Assembly (NCBI GenBank): GCA_965222225.1
Contig: CBDCTK010000002.1
Coordinates: 3,168,001 to 3,232,000 of the forward strand
DNA: 64,000 nt
Direction of reading: 5' to 3'
Source: Candidatus Poribacteria bacterium
Lineage (GTDB): Bacteria; Poribacteria; WGA-4E; JAJDTR01
In this document: piece by piece, positions 21,119 through 31,098 of the stretch
Layout of the letters: every line of letters starts with the position of its first letter
Numbering within the stretch: position 1 is the first letter of the stretch
Position numbers and translations under genes: made by a program
Notes under the pieces: generated by a model
Told to the model about the DNA's origin: nothing
The model's input: only the letters and a program-made list of their open reading frames with translations
The model's database searches: none

Positions 21119-22120
21119 TTAATCCGCGAAATGGCAGGCAATAAGATGCGAATCTTTCGTGTCCGTTGTCTTGGTCTCAAGCGTTGGTGTTTCGTCGTGA
21201 CAGATTTGGGCGGCGTATGGACAACGGTGGGCAAACACGCACCCACTGCCCCTTTCCGACGGTTTTCCCACCTCTCCACTCAACTTCGGCTTCCACGGTT
21301 TGTGGGGGTCTGGCACAGGCAGTGCCGCCATCAAGCTAGTCGTATAGGGATGCATCGGCTGTGAGAATAACTCCTCCGTATCCGCCTCTTCGACAATCGA
21401 TCCCATATACATCACAGCCACCCGATCACATATATGTTGGACTACACTCAAATCGTGCGCGATAAACAGGTAACTCAACCCTAGCTCATCCCTGAGATCG
21501 CTCAAGAGGTTGAGGATTTGCGCTTGGACAGACACATCAAGCGCGGACACCGGCTCATCTGCGATGACCAGCGAAGGGCTTAGCGCCAGTGCTCGGGCAA
21601 TCCCAATCCGTTGCCTTTGCCCGCCGCTGAAAGCGTGGGGATACCTCGGCATAAAACTTGGGTCAAGCCCCACCATGGTAAGCAATTCCGTCACGCGTGA
21701 TTCGCGTTCGTCGCGCTTCACGCCGAAGTTGAGGAGGGGATCAGCCACAATATCCAATACTGTCTTGCGGGGGTTGAGCGAAGCGTATGGATCTTGAAAC
21801 ACGACGCCCATGTGCCGACGGATCTGTTTTAATCGAACTTTCTCAAGCGTCGCCATATCCACGACTTCGCCGTTGCTACTCCTGAAGAGAATCTCCCCGG
21901 CAGTGGCTTCATGCAGTCGTAGGATCGTCCATGCCGTAGTCGTCTTGCCACACCCACTCTCTCCCACGAGCCCCATGGTCTGTCCCTTGCGCACCGAAAA
22001 ACATACGTCGTCAACCGCACGGACATAACCGGCAACCCGCCGAAGGAAGCCCGTCTCGATGGGGAAGTATTTCTTAAGATGAAGGACATCCAAGATAACC
22101 TCGTTAGGGTTGTTGGCCAA
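21119..22120 (-). CDS. Oligopeptide ABC ATP-binding protein (DppF/OppF-like)
   Basis: [28 protein letters not shown] start at 22120 with an AGGAG RBS. Confidence 0.9.
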   Translation of the reverse strand: MANNPNEVILDVLHLKKYFPIETGFLRRVAGYVRAVDDVCFSVRKGQTMGLVGESGCGKTTTAWTILRLHEATAGEILFRSSNGEVVDMATLEKVRLKQIRRHMGVVFQDPYASLNPRKTVLDIVADPLLNFGVKRDERESRVTELLTMVGLDPSFMPRYPHAFSGGQRQRIGIARALALSPSLVIADEPVSALDVSVQAQILNLLSDLRDELGLSYLFIAHDLSVVQHICDRVAVMYMGSIVEEADTEELFSQPMHPYTTSLMAALPVPDPHKPWKPKLSGEVGKPSERGSGCVFAHRCPYAAQICHDETPTLETKTTDTKDSHLIACHFAD

Positions 22121-23168
22121 TGTCAGGCTCTCCTGTATTCGGTTCTGTCTCCCTATGGCGTGAGTAGAGAAAGCAGCCGGCAAAATGATCTGCTTCAACT
22201 TCTTCCAGAGCGGGGTGCTCCCGAAGACATATTTCTCCGATGATCTCACGACAACGCGGGTGGAACGCGCATCCGGATGGCAGGCGAGATGCGTCCGGCA
22301 CGTTTCCTTGGATAGTGGCAAGCCTCTTTTCCGGTCTGTTCAGCTTGGGGATTGACCGAATGAGATCGCGAGTGTATGGGTGTTTCGGACTGTCGAATAT
22401 TTCGACCACCGGCCCTTTCTCGACGATGCGGCCAAGATACATCACGTAAACAAAGTCCGCCATGTGTGCGATGACGCCGAGATCATGCGTAATCAGGACA
22501 AGAGCAAGACCTAGCTCTTGCTGCATCTTCTTGATGAGCATTAACACCTGTGCTTGAATGGTCACATCAAGAGCGGTCGTAGGTTCGTCGGCAATAAGCA
22601 CCTTCGGATTGCAGGCTAAAGCCATGGCAATCATCGCCCGCTGCCTCATACCTCCGCTGAGCTGAAACGGGTAAGCGTCTATCGTCCGCTCCGGATTTGA
22701 AATGCCCACCATGCTGAGGTACTCGATAATCTTCTCTCTGACTTTTTTGTCCTTGGGAGGTTGGTGCAGCAGAATCCCTTCCGCGATCTGGTCCTTAATC
22801 GTGTGGACAGGACTGAAAGATGCCATCGGTTCTTGGAATATCATGGCTATTTCGCCACCCCTCAGCCTCCTCATCTTTCGACTTCGCGGGTTAAGTTTCG
22901 TTATGTCGATAACGTTCCCGTTACCCTCGCGGTACCTCACTTCACCGGATACGATTTTTCCGTTCGAGGGAAGTATATTCAGCAGCGAATACGATGTGAC
23001 CGTCTTGCCACAGCCGCTCTCCCCAACAATCCCGACTGCCTCGCCCTTATGCACGCGAATATCCACGCCGTTCACGGCTTTGACCGTTTCGTCGTCTTGA
23101 GAGAATGTGACGTGGAGATCTTTTATGTCTATGAGCCACTCTCTGTCTGAATTGTTATCTGCATTCAT
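22104..23168 (-). CDS. Oligopeptide ABC ATP-binding protein (DppD/OppD-like)
   Basis: [28 protein letters not shown]. Confidence 0.92.
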   Translation of the reverse strand: MNADNNSDREWLIDIKDLHVTFSQDDETVKAVNGVDIRVHKGEAVGIVGESGCGKTVTSYSLLNILPSNGKIVSGEVRYREGNGNVIDITKLNPRSRKMRRLRGGEIAMIFQEPMASFSPVHTIKDQIAEGILLHQPPKDKKVREKIIEYLSMVGISNPERTIDAYPFQLSGGMRQRAMIAMALACNPKVLIADEPTTALDVTIQAQVLMLIKKMQQELGLALVLITHDLGVIAHMADFVYVMYLGRIVEKGPVVEIFDSPKHPYTRDLIRSIPKLNRPEKRLATIQGNVPDASRLPSGCAFHPRCREIIGEICLREHPALEEVEADHFAGCFLYSRHRETEPNTGEPDIGQQP

Positions 23169-23176
23169 ATTGATAA

Positions 23177-25297
23177 CTACCTTTTGCCGATCGACCACGT
23201 TTCCGGTTTGCCGTAGGTGTAGTCCCCGGGTAAAGGAAGTGGAACGTTGTACATCCTGTTGTGAACGATTATGTTTCGTGTAGGCGAAATGGAAGCAATT
23301 TTCAGCACCACTAAGAACCAGAGGTTCTCGGCGTGAATGGCAAGCATCTCGTTTTCCAGTGCAATTCTCGCTTGTTCTTCTGTTTCAAGCAAAAACTTTC
23401 GGTACAACTCGTAGAGACGTTTGAAATCATCGGGAGGCTCGTTACCTTCAGCCCCATCGGAATGCACCCATTGCGTCCAACGCGGAGATGCCTGGTTCCA
23501 CGAAGCTGGACTGCTTGGCACCATCGTGCTCCTAACGCCAGGGCGGGTTGGGCGCACCCCGCCGCCAAAGGTGCCGCCGCCTGTGAACATGTCAAATTTA
23601 TTGGCAGCCACCCGCTCGATAATGAATGCCGTTTCTCGCGGATTAATAGAGATGTCAATACCGACAGCCTTCCAATCCTGCTGAAGCATCTCCAACATGG
23701 GAACATCAGACACGCGCAGATCAGTGCGTGCCATGAGAACGAACTGGGCTGGCGAGCCGTCCGGAAGTAACCTTGTTTCCCGATTCGCGTCCCACTTCAA
23801 ACCCATTTCGTCCAGCAGCTGATTTGCTAAACCGGGTGTGTGTCGTGTGTAGGCGATGAACTTCTCCGCCTCTCCGTGATATGGGGGACCATCCGCCGGC
23901 GCAGCATTGGAAACGATCATAAGCCCATCTCTGAAAACTTCGTTCATTTCGTCCCGATCCATGGCTACCGAAAGCGCAACGCGGAAGCGCCTGTCTAGGA
24001 AGACTTCACGTACGGCGGAATTTCCATGGGTCAAATTAAAGAAGATTGTCGTGATGAACCCCGGACTGCCGAACGCGGGTGTAGTACGATAGTCCCCAAC
24101 ATCTTCGTTTATTCGGAAATGTGACGGGTTGTCACAGCAAGCAAATTCCACGTCCACGTCGCCAGCGAATATTTTGAGGTATCCAGTCTCCAGATCGTTT
24201 ACAAGGAAGTTCTGTACGCCATCAAGATACGGAAGCTGGTTTCCGTCCGGGTCGACTTTGAAGTAGTACGGATTTCTCTCAAGCACCCAGACGAGAGAAC
24301 CCCTCTCGTTTGTCGCCATCCACGGAGAAATCGTCGGCGCTCCCGGATGACTAATTCCCAAAACTCCGGTGCTCCACACGTCCATTTTGGCGGTGAACAA
24401 TTTTTCCCAAGACGCAAACCCCTCCGCCTTCAACGTGTGTTTCAGTGCCTCCGGAGTAGTGTAATCCGGATGGAACTGTCCCATGTAATGCTCGGGAAGG
24501 TACGGATGGAATTGAAAGCGACCCACCTTATCAAGAAACAGCGGATTGGTTCGGTTGAACGTAATCCGAATCGTATAATCGTCAATTTTCTCAATGACCC
24601 CCATCTCGCCATCCGAACTCTTCAAGCTGGAAATGCCGCTCGGATTGAGTGTCTCATTCAGCGCAAACGCCTCGTACCAGAAGATGACCGCATCGGCATG
24701 GAACGGCATCCCGTCACTCCATTTCATGCCTTCCCGCATGAAGAAGGTATACATTGTGGAGTCGTCGCTAACATCCCATCCCTTGAACACATTGGGTTCG
24801 AGGCTTTGTACGTCCGAAGAATAGTTGACCGGATGCGTGACCATGGCGTCCCACAATTTGTTTGAGGTCGGCCCCGGCAGGTATATCTTGCGCCAGAAAC
24901 CGCCATACTCCCCAATGCCCTCTACGGGGACACAAACCAACGGCTCCACCGGCAGCCTTTCTTCAACAGGCGGTAGTTCTCCCGCCGCAACTTTTGCACG
25001 CAGAGTTGGCGCTTCGTTGTATCGCGTGATTGCATTTCCCGTCTCCGCCTCATAGTCTGCAGGCGTGGCGTACACGCCCACAATTGGCACCTCTCCGGCA
25101 ATGACAAGGTCTCGTAGCATTTCGAAGCGATCTTGCGGACCAATCCCGTCTCCGTACGAGAACGCTAACGGAAACAGTATCAAAATCACTCGGAGAATGG
25201 TTAAGCGTCGCTGTAAGGATGCTCGATAGCGATTCCATCTTAATCTGGTAATTGAGATCGTCGGAATTAATACCATTTCTCTGTATTTGAAGTGCAT
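23177..25297 (-). CDS. ABC substrate-binding protein, family 5
   Basis: GELPPVEERLP.EP, MKWSDG.PF.AD, ERNPYYFKVD..GNQLPY.D. Start uncertain. Confidence 0.9.
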   Translation of the reverse strand: MHFKYREMVLIPTISITRLRWNRYRASLQRRLTILRVILILFPLAFSYGDGIGPQDRFEMLRDLVIAGEVPIVGVYATPADYEAETGNAITRYNEAPTLRAKVAAGELPPVEERLPVEPLVCVPVEGIGEYGGFWRKIYLPGPTSNKLWDAMVTHPVNYSSDVQSLEPNVFKGWDVSDDSTMYTFFMREGMKWSDGMPFHADAVIFWYEAFALNETLNPSGISSLKSSDGEMGVIEKIDDYTIRITFNRTNPLFLDKVGRFQFHPYLPEHYMGQFHPDYTTPEALKHTLKAEGFASWEKLFTAKMDVWSTGVLGISHPGAPTISPWMATNERGSLVWVLERNPYYFKVDPDGNQLPYLDGVQNFLVNDLETGYLKIFAGDVDVEFACCDNPSHFRINEDVGDYRTTPAFGSPGFITTIFFNLTHGNSAVREVFLDRRFRVALSVAMDRDEMNEVFRDGLMIVSNAAPADGPPYHGEAEKFIAYTRHTPGLANQLLDEMGLKWDANRETRLLPDGSPAQFVLMARTDLRVSDVPMLEMLQQDWKAVGIDISINPRETAFIIERVAANKFDMFTGGGTFGGGVRPTRPGVRSTMVPSSPASWNQASPRWTQWVHSDGAEGNEPPDDFKRLYELYRKFLLETEEQARIALENEMLAIHAENLWFLVVLKIASISPTRNIIVHNRMYNVPLPLPGDYTYGKPETWSIGKR

Positions 25298-25334
25298 TGA
25301 TAGCGTTGCTCAAATCTTGCCAATGCGGGGCAAG

Positions 25335-25405
25335 GAGATCTCTATGGGAGCTCTATCGCAGTCATTATCCATTCCTTTGATCGGTCGTTATTCACTCCCT
25401 TGATC
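25335..25405 (+). repeat. Modular CTATCGC/TTATYC/TTGATC array, copy A
   Basis: GAGATCT CTATGGGAGCT CTATCGCAGTCA TTATCCATTCCT TTGATCGGTCG TTATTCACTCCC TTGATC, between the arms GCGGGGCAAG and CTCGCCTAC. Confidence 0.85.
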
Positions 25406-25636
25406 CTCGCCTACGGGTTTGGTGTACGGGGTAATTTGGCATTGGTCATTTCATAACAGTAAATTGAAAGACCTCATACGCAATATTATTCAAGCGACAT
25501 GGTATAGCCTGTGATTCTGCCTCATGTTTGTCACCAATTCAAACTACAGCGCAAGTCCGAATCTGGCAATTCCCCCAGCGGTCAAGCAATACGTTAATCG
25601 ACTGTTTGATGCTCGTTGGGGGGAAAGTTCTAAAGC

Positions 25637-25817
25637 TATAGTCATGTGCATTTATATTTACATATATGAGCGTTGATTGACTCGATTTAGCTCACAATCT
25701 CCCGGTTTGCAACATTTCCCATTGAGCGGGTCGGGCTGGAAGCCCGACCTACGGGAATGAGTGAGAATTTGGGTATGTTAATAAACACATGTGTAATTCT
25801 TAGCCGCAATGACTATA
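25637..25817. mobile_element. Possible MITE with degenerate terminal inverted repeats and an internal REP
   Basis: Ends TATAGTCAT...ATGACTATA with further partial IR (TTACA.AT.TG); internal palindrome at 25728-25752. Confidence 0.45.
25728..25752. repeat. GTAG/CTAC-type REP palindrome
   Basis: GGTCGGGCT-GGA-AGCCCGACC-TAC. Confidence 0.7.
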
Positions 25818-25954
25818 ATCGGCGATTTGACACTCGCCAACCTGCCCCGGTGCCAAACACAACTCCGTTTTGGAAGGGGAGGTTGTAATCGGCAAAAGGA
25901 AGAAGGGAATCGTCTTTCGCTTTCGTTTCGGAGCATCATCCTTGCAGTTACCAC

Positions 25955-27217
25955 CTATTTTCTTTCCTTAATTGCCCCGTAGATGACGGACCTGAGCGAT
26001 TTGCCGAGTTGCTGCATCGGAAGCTGTTGGCTTAGGACGACCACGGCTAGAGCGTCGCGAGGCGAGATCCAGAACTCGGTGCCGGCTCCACCGTACCACT
26101 CGTACTCCCCGACAGGCGAGGGATTCGTGTTGATTCTCCTGACGCGAACCGCGAAACCCAAACCAAAGCCTCGACCCTCCGGCTTACGGTTAATTGGCAA
26201 CAACCCTACCGGAAGTTGATTGCGCGTCATCATCTCTACAGTTTCCGCTTTCAGCAGCCGCACCCCATCAAGAAACCCATCGCCTGTTAGCATCAAGCAG
26301 AAACGCATGAAATCAGTCGCCGTCGAGACCAGTCCTCCTCCACCAGATAGAAACTTCGGCTGAGTCATAAAACTCGTCTCGGAGATGTTGCCGGATCCGC
26401 CTTCCGCAGCATCAATAGTCTCCAAGCCACCATTCGGTGCTGGTCCATACATACGGGCAAACCTGTCGATTTTCTCAGGTGGTACGTAGAAACCGGTATC
26501 CTTCATGTGCAATGGCTGGAATATCCTTTCGGCTAGGAACTTGTCGAAAGCCAGACCGGAAATGACCTCTATCAGTCGACCTAGGACATCCGCCGCAATG
26601 CTGTAGTGCCACCGCGTACCCGGCTGGTATAGCAAGGGAACAGTACCGAGTCTCTCGACCACCTCCTGTAAGTTGCACTCGCTCAAGCGCTGCAGACCCG
26701 CTTCCCGATAGAGCACTTCAATAGGAAACTTCTCACCCAGGTATCGGCTAGAGCCGGGCAGCCCGGAAGTGTGACGAAACAAGTCGAAGACGGACATGTC
26801 TCGTATCGGGTCAACCAGTACGAGCTCTTCGGCGTCAGGGTCGACCGCCACCCTTAATCCACCCAACTCCGGAATGTAATCCGAAACCGGGGCATGGAGA
26901 CTTAGCGATCCCTCCTCATAGAGCATCATCGCCGCCACCGCAGCGACCGGCTTGGTCATGGAATAGATGCGGAAAATCGTGTCCGTCGGCATCGGCGCCC
27001 GCACCTCGCGATGCCTCATGCCGTATGCTTCAAAGTGGACAACCCTGCCGCGCCGTGCCACAATCGCGACTGCCCCCGCGATTTTCTCCTCATCAATAAA
27101 TTTCTGTATGGTTGAGGAGATACGTTGGAGGTTTTCCGCCGACAGCCCCACCGACTCCGGATCAGCCGTCCAGCCGGCGCTGAATGTATGCTCCTCGTTC
27201 TGTGCTTGCACTACCAC
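25955..27217 (-). CDS. Serine hydrolase, beta-lactamase family
   Basis: FRIYSMTK (SxxK), HTSGL, PGTRWHYS, SGGGGLVST. Confidence 0.92.
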   Translation of the reverse strand: MVVQAQNEEHTFSAGWTADPESVGLSAENLQRISSTIQKFIDEEKIAGAVAIVARRGRVVHFEAYGMRHREVRAPMPTDTIFRIYSMTKPVAAVAAMMLYEEGSLSLHAPVSDYIPELGGLRVAVDPDAEELVLVDPIRDMSVFDLFRHTSGLPGSSRYLGEKFPIEVLYREAGLQRLSECNLQEVVERLGTVPLLYQPGTRWHYSIAADVLGRLIEVISGLAFDKFLAERIFQPLHMKDTGFYVPPEKIDRFARMYGPAPNGGLETIDAAEGGSGNISETSFMTQPKFLSGGGGLVSTATDFMRFCLMLTGDGFLDGVRLLKAETVEMMTRNQLPVGLLPINRKPEGRGFGLGFAVRVRRINTNPSPVGEYEWYGGAGTEFWISPRDALAVVVLSQQLPMQQLGKSLRSVIYGAIKERK

Positions 27218-27266
27218 TCAAACCTCCCTGCCGTAGTCATTCTCATTTATATTAGTACATGTTTAG

Positions 27267-27293
27267 GTAGGTGCGGTTTCCGACCTCACCTAC
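27267..27293. repeat. REP palindrome
   Basis: GTAGGTGCGG-TTTCCGA-CCTCACCTAC. Confidence 0.65.
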
Positions 27294-27485
27294 GGGATGG
27301 GATAAATAGCGATTCGGTTAGGATACCGAATTTACCGCAGTGTATAGACAATTGCTGGTTTTACTATAATAAACCCTTGGGTAGTTGGCCGGACGAGAAT
27401 AAAGCCGAGCCGAATGAAACAGTATGCGAAAATCTCGGAGCAATCGCCCGTTATAGATTGACGGTCATCAACGATATCGTGAAGA

Positions 27486-28748
27486 TTATCTTTGTTCTGT
27501 AGGCATAACCGGGACGCTAATGTGGGCGTTTGCGTCTGCTAGACTTTCAGGGTTTTCCTCCATTTTCCGGATGCCCGATAGTGTGCGCTGATGGGCGACC
27601 CATGCCCGATCCAGAACGGGTTGCTGCAATGTGTCCTGCTCATCGGGGCAAAGATGTCGCATCAGAGGTTGCAAATCGACGGGCAACGCACGATACTCGT
27701 CGTGAGACAGCGGGCGGCAGACGGCGTTGTCTACCCCGCGCGGGGCATAGTCATCAACGGACAACCACCACGGACACCACCGGTTAACTACGGCTACTCG
27801 ATCGCGCCCACTGGAATTGTGCAGGGGTGATGCGTGCCAACTCCGCGAGTCCTGAACATATACCGAGCCGGCGGGAGCGGTGACCTGCATATCTCCGGGA
27901 ATAGGCGCCGAAGTCGTGATCCCGTCGGAGGGGCCTCGCGGGTTCCGCTTCTCCCTGTGAGAGCCGGGAACGACCCATGTACCACCCGAACTCGCATCGA
28001 CATCCGTGAGATACCATATCATCACCAAGCACATGGGGATGTCGGGGAACGGTAGGCGGATGCAGCCGGCGTTCCTGCCGGCATCTTTGTTCCCGTAAGC
28101 AGACAGGTCATGAGGCCAATCCGTGTGCCATCCCCTGGCTTCCGGGCGTCCTCTGCGGCTAACGGGACCAAAACCGCCTGGAGACCCGTCCGGTTTGTCT
28201 GTGTCAACCATGCGAATGTGGAGTTGCCCGATGCGCAGGTGATCGTCCAAAACGCGGCGCGCCACACCCGTAACCAATGGATTTGCGAGATGCTGTGCAT
28301 ACCGGGGCATCCAAACGATGTCGTTGGGAGGCTTCGGGGGATGGTTCACTCGGCGCACGCGCCTTAACTCCACTCCGTCCGCCGCGTTGAGGGCGTCGCT
28401 TAAACTCAGCTCTTCCCTTCCAGTCGATCTTATCACATCCTTTATCGCTTTCATGTTTCGGTCTATAGTGGCGTGCGCCGCCTTGACCTCTTCGCACACG
28501 GCTACCACTTCGTCCGACGGTATGAGGTTATCGATCACACAGAATCCATATCGGTCAAGGGAACCGACACAGCCGTCGATCACCTCGTCGGCGGAAAGCG
28601 CTTCGGCGCTGAAAGCGAACGCGCGGGTGCGGCAGAGCTCCCGTGTGAAGGCTTCCGCGTCGTGGGTAGATTGTGCGAGGAGTGCGCGGGTCTCCTGCAG
28701 TTCTTGCTCTAGCTGCATGATATTGGCGTGTAGATCGGAAATTTTCAT
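27486..28748 (-). CDS. Phytanoyl-CoA dioxygenase (PhyH) family protein
   Basis: WHTD, GGT.VVPGSH, D.R.WH, R; N-terminal coiled coil. Confidence 0.88.
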   Translation of the reverse strand: MKISDLHANIMQLEQELQETRALLAQSTHDAEAFTRELCRTRAFAFSAEALSADEVIDGCVGSLDRYGFCVIDNLIPSDEVVAVCEEVKAAHATIDRNMKAIKDVIRSTGREELSLSDALNAADGVELRRVRRVNHPPKPPNDIVWMPRYAQHLANPLVTGVARRVLDDHLRIGQLHIRMVDTDKPDGSPGGFGPVSRRGRPEARGWHTDWPHDLSAYGNKDAGRNAGCIRLPFPDIPMCLVMIWYLTDVDASSGGTWVVPGSHREKRNPRGPSDGITTSAPIPGDMQVTAPAGSVYVQDSRSWHASPLHNSSGRDRVAVVNRWCPWWLSVDDYAPRGVDNAVCRPLSHDEYRALPVDLQPLMRHLCPDEQDTLQQPVLDRAWVAHQRTLSGIRKMEENPESLADANAHISVPVMPTEQR

Positions 28749-28948
28749 TTCACTGTCCTATCGTTGTTCCAAATATCTCCCAATTCTAAGCTCGACTGTG
28801 TACGTTTGAGCGAGGCAACAAACGGTGTCAATCAAGCGCTGAGGAAATGTAGAGAAGATTTTAACCATCTAGTCTTTTGGGTTGACCATTGAAAAAGTCT
28901 CCAGCGGTTCCTGATACTATGCAACCTGTCCGGATTGCTTCCCCTGTG

Positions 28949-29016
28949 GTAGGCGCTGTTTCTAACTGCGCCTCGCGGGGGGTTGTGTCATCGGTGCGGT
29001 TAGAAACCGCACCTAC
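28949..29016. repeat. Inverted REP pair (BIME-like)
   Basis: GTAGGCGCTGTTTCTAACTGCGCC ... GGTGCGGTTAGAAACCGCACCTAC. Confidence 0.7.
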
Positions 29017-29057
29017 CGTTAGTACCTATTTAGGTTTGTGACATCGGCGGAGGTGAA

Positions 29058-29166
29058 GAGATTTCTATCGCAGCCACTTTGGGATTTACTATCGGGACTA
29101 GCTATCGCAGTCATTGTCCATTCCCTTGATCCATCGCTATCCACTCAGTTGATCGTTCGTTTGATC
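29058..29166 (+). repeat. Modular array, copy B
   Basis: GAGATTT CTATCGCAGCCA CTTTGGGATTTA CTATCGGGACTAG CTATCGCAGTCA TTGTCCATTCCC TTGATCCATCG CTATCCACTCAG TTGATCGTTCGT TTGATC, then CCCGCCTAC. Confidence 0.85.
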
Positions 29167-29239
29167 CCCGCCTACGGGTTTGGTGCTTCACGGCTTTCCG
29201 TTCAACCCAACGTTGTACGTTTGTACAAAGTCAAGCTAA

Positions 29240-29491
29240 GAGCCTGTCTGAAAAATAGGCCGCAAAAAAGTTTTTGGATACCTGGGCAAGAGTTTTTATC
29301 ACAATTTTGTTGCCGGCTCCTATACACCTGTCGCCCCGCTGGGGCTTTAGTATGTGGGGTTTCGCAGTTACTATACACCTTCCGCCCCTCCGGGGCTAAC
29401 TACGACTGGTGCACGGAGTTTATCTTGATTCAATGATAAAGATAAGTTTTAGAATGATGGCACTACTCGAAACGCGTTTTCAAACAGGTTC
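29240..29491. mobile_element. MITE with IS5-family-like TIRs and TAA target duplication
   Basis: TAA-GAGCCTGTCTGAAAA ... TTTTCAAACAGGTTC-TAA; no transposase inside. Confidence 0.75.
29320..29397 (+). repeat. Two tandem 27-bp hairpin repeats inside the MITE
   Basis: CTATACACCTGTCGCCCCGCTGGGGCT (29320) and CTATACACCTTCCGCCCCTCCGGGGCT (29371). Confidence 0.75.
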
Positions 29492-29522
29492 TAAGGCGTT
29501 CACATGTCCAATCCGATTATGC

Positions 29523-30878
29523 TCATCGTTGCGCCAAAAACGTCTCCAACTTGGCTCGCAGTTCCGCCAAGTCATCGGCGTAAGCCTCGTCATCAATCAG
29601 ATTGCGGTTTTCACGAGGATCGACCGCCAAATCAAACATTTGGTCGGGCCAACCTTTTCCCTCAAAACGGAAGTATTTCAGAAAGTCACGCTTGACCATG
29701 GCTGAAGGCCCGTTAAATGGGTGGTATAACTCGCTATAGACCTCATTTCGCCATCCATCGGTGCGTCCCTCCATCAGCGGCACAAGCGAGCGCCCGTCCA
29801 ACCCATGGGGTATAGGCACGTTCGCGATTTCGCAGAGGGTAGGGAATAGGTCAACCAGCGAAACGTTATGTTGAACGATGTCACAGCCTCGGGGAAATCG
29901 TTGCGGCCACGATATGGAGAACGGCACCCGTACCGATGCCTCGAAATACTGCTGCTTTTCCCAAAGCCCCTTCTGCCCCAGCATCTCCCCGTGATCGCTG
30001 AGAAAAACCACCACAAAATTGTCAAGAACGCTTAACTCCTCAAGTTTGGAGATAACCCGTGTGTACTGCATATCCACCCACTCAATCATGCCGTAGTAGG
30101 CGGCTGTTGCCCGGTGCGCTTCGCGGTAGGTGACATCCTCCCCTATCTTCACTTTGAAGAACTCATGGCAGTCGAAGTTGGAGGGCAAATCCTCGACATA
30201 CGGTTCCACGCGACGCATATAGTAGTTAAACAGATCTTCGGGGCACTGGTAGGGATAGTGCGGACAATTGAGGCTCACCGCGAGTAACAACGGGTGGTCG
30301 CCGGGCCTATCGTGAACTTCGTCAACAAAATACTCGTCGAGAATCATCAAAGCCCCTTTGGCGGAGTACCGGTCGTGCTGCATCCAGGACCCTTTTCCGA
30401 CACGGGCGTTGGTAATCTCTTTGGCAGCAGACCATTTGCCAGTCCCTTCCTCAGGAAATGTCGCGGCGGTATGAACCGGGTCATCTACGGGTTCGTAGCC
30501 GTTTGGTCCCCGGATGTCGCGACCGATGCGCTCGTGCCAGCCGTGCATCTGATCGGGACCGACAAAGTGCATCTTTCCGGCGCTTACCGTTCTGTAGCCG
30601 TAGCGTGAGAGGTGTCCGGGAAGGGTGAGCACGTCGCTTGGCAATGGGCAATCGAAGCCGGTGCAACCGCTGTTTCGTGGATAGAGCCCCGTCAGAAAAC
30701 TCTGCCGTGCCGGCACGCACACCGGCGCTGGCGTATACGCGTTCCGAAAATATGCGCCTTGGTTAACGAGACGGTCAAGGGTCGGCGTGCGAATATGCGG
30801 ATTCCCTTCGACAGACATCAGATCGGGACGGTGTTCATCGTCAATCAGCAGCAGGATGTGCGGTTTCTTCTCAGGCAT
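29523..30878 (-). CDS. Sulfatase (choline-sulfatase-like)
   Basis: CVPARQSFLTG (CxPxR), GKMH, SDHGEMLG. Confidence 0.92.
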   Translation of the reverse strand: MPEKKPHILLLIDDEHRPDLMSVEGNPHIRTPTLDRLVNQGAYFRNAYTPAPVCVPARQSFLTGLYPRNSGCTGFDCPLPSDVLTLPGHLSRYGYRTVSAGKMHFVGPDQMHGWHERIGRDIRGPNGYEPVDDPVHTAATFPEEGTGKWSAAKEITNARVGKGSWMQHDRYSAKGALMILDEYFVDEVHDRPGDHPLLLAVSLNCPHYPYQCPEDLFNYYMRRVEPYVEDLPSNFDCHEFFKVKIGEDVTYREAHRATAAYYGMIEWVDMQYTRVISKLEELSVLDNFVVVFLSDHGEMLGQKGLWEKQQYFEASVRVPFSISWPQRFPRGCDIVQHNVSLVDLFPTLCEIANVPIPHGLDGRSLVPLMEGRTDGWRNEVYSELYHPFNGPSAMVKRDFLKYFRFEGKGWPDQMFDLAVDPRENRNLIDDEAYADDLAELRAKLETFLAQR

Positions 30879-31013
30879 AGATTCTCCAATGTCAATCAGA
30901 CAGCAGCTACATAATGGTATTCAGTTCATTCGCTAATGTTTAGTAAGGAGGTCGCGACCTGGAGATCGCTCCTACCGACAGTTGGGTGGCGTAAGGCGGT
31001 TTACGGCTCACGG

Positions 31014-31068
31014 GGGATCTCTATCGCCTTCGCTATTCACTCAGTTGATCCTATTCGGTCGCTTGATC
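31014..31068 (+). repeat. Modular array, copy C
   Basis: GGGATCT CTATCGCCTTCG CTATTCACTCAG TTGATC CTATTCGGTCGC TTGATC, then CTCCTAC. Confidence 0.85.
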
Positions 31069-31098
31069 CTCCTACAGAGTCCCAGTAGCAATTCGGTG

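Noticed and set aside
29038-29436. 132-aa ORF
   Set aside because: It runs across array B and the MITE, so it is a spurious product of repeats.
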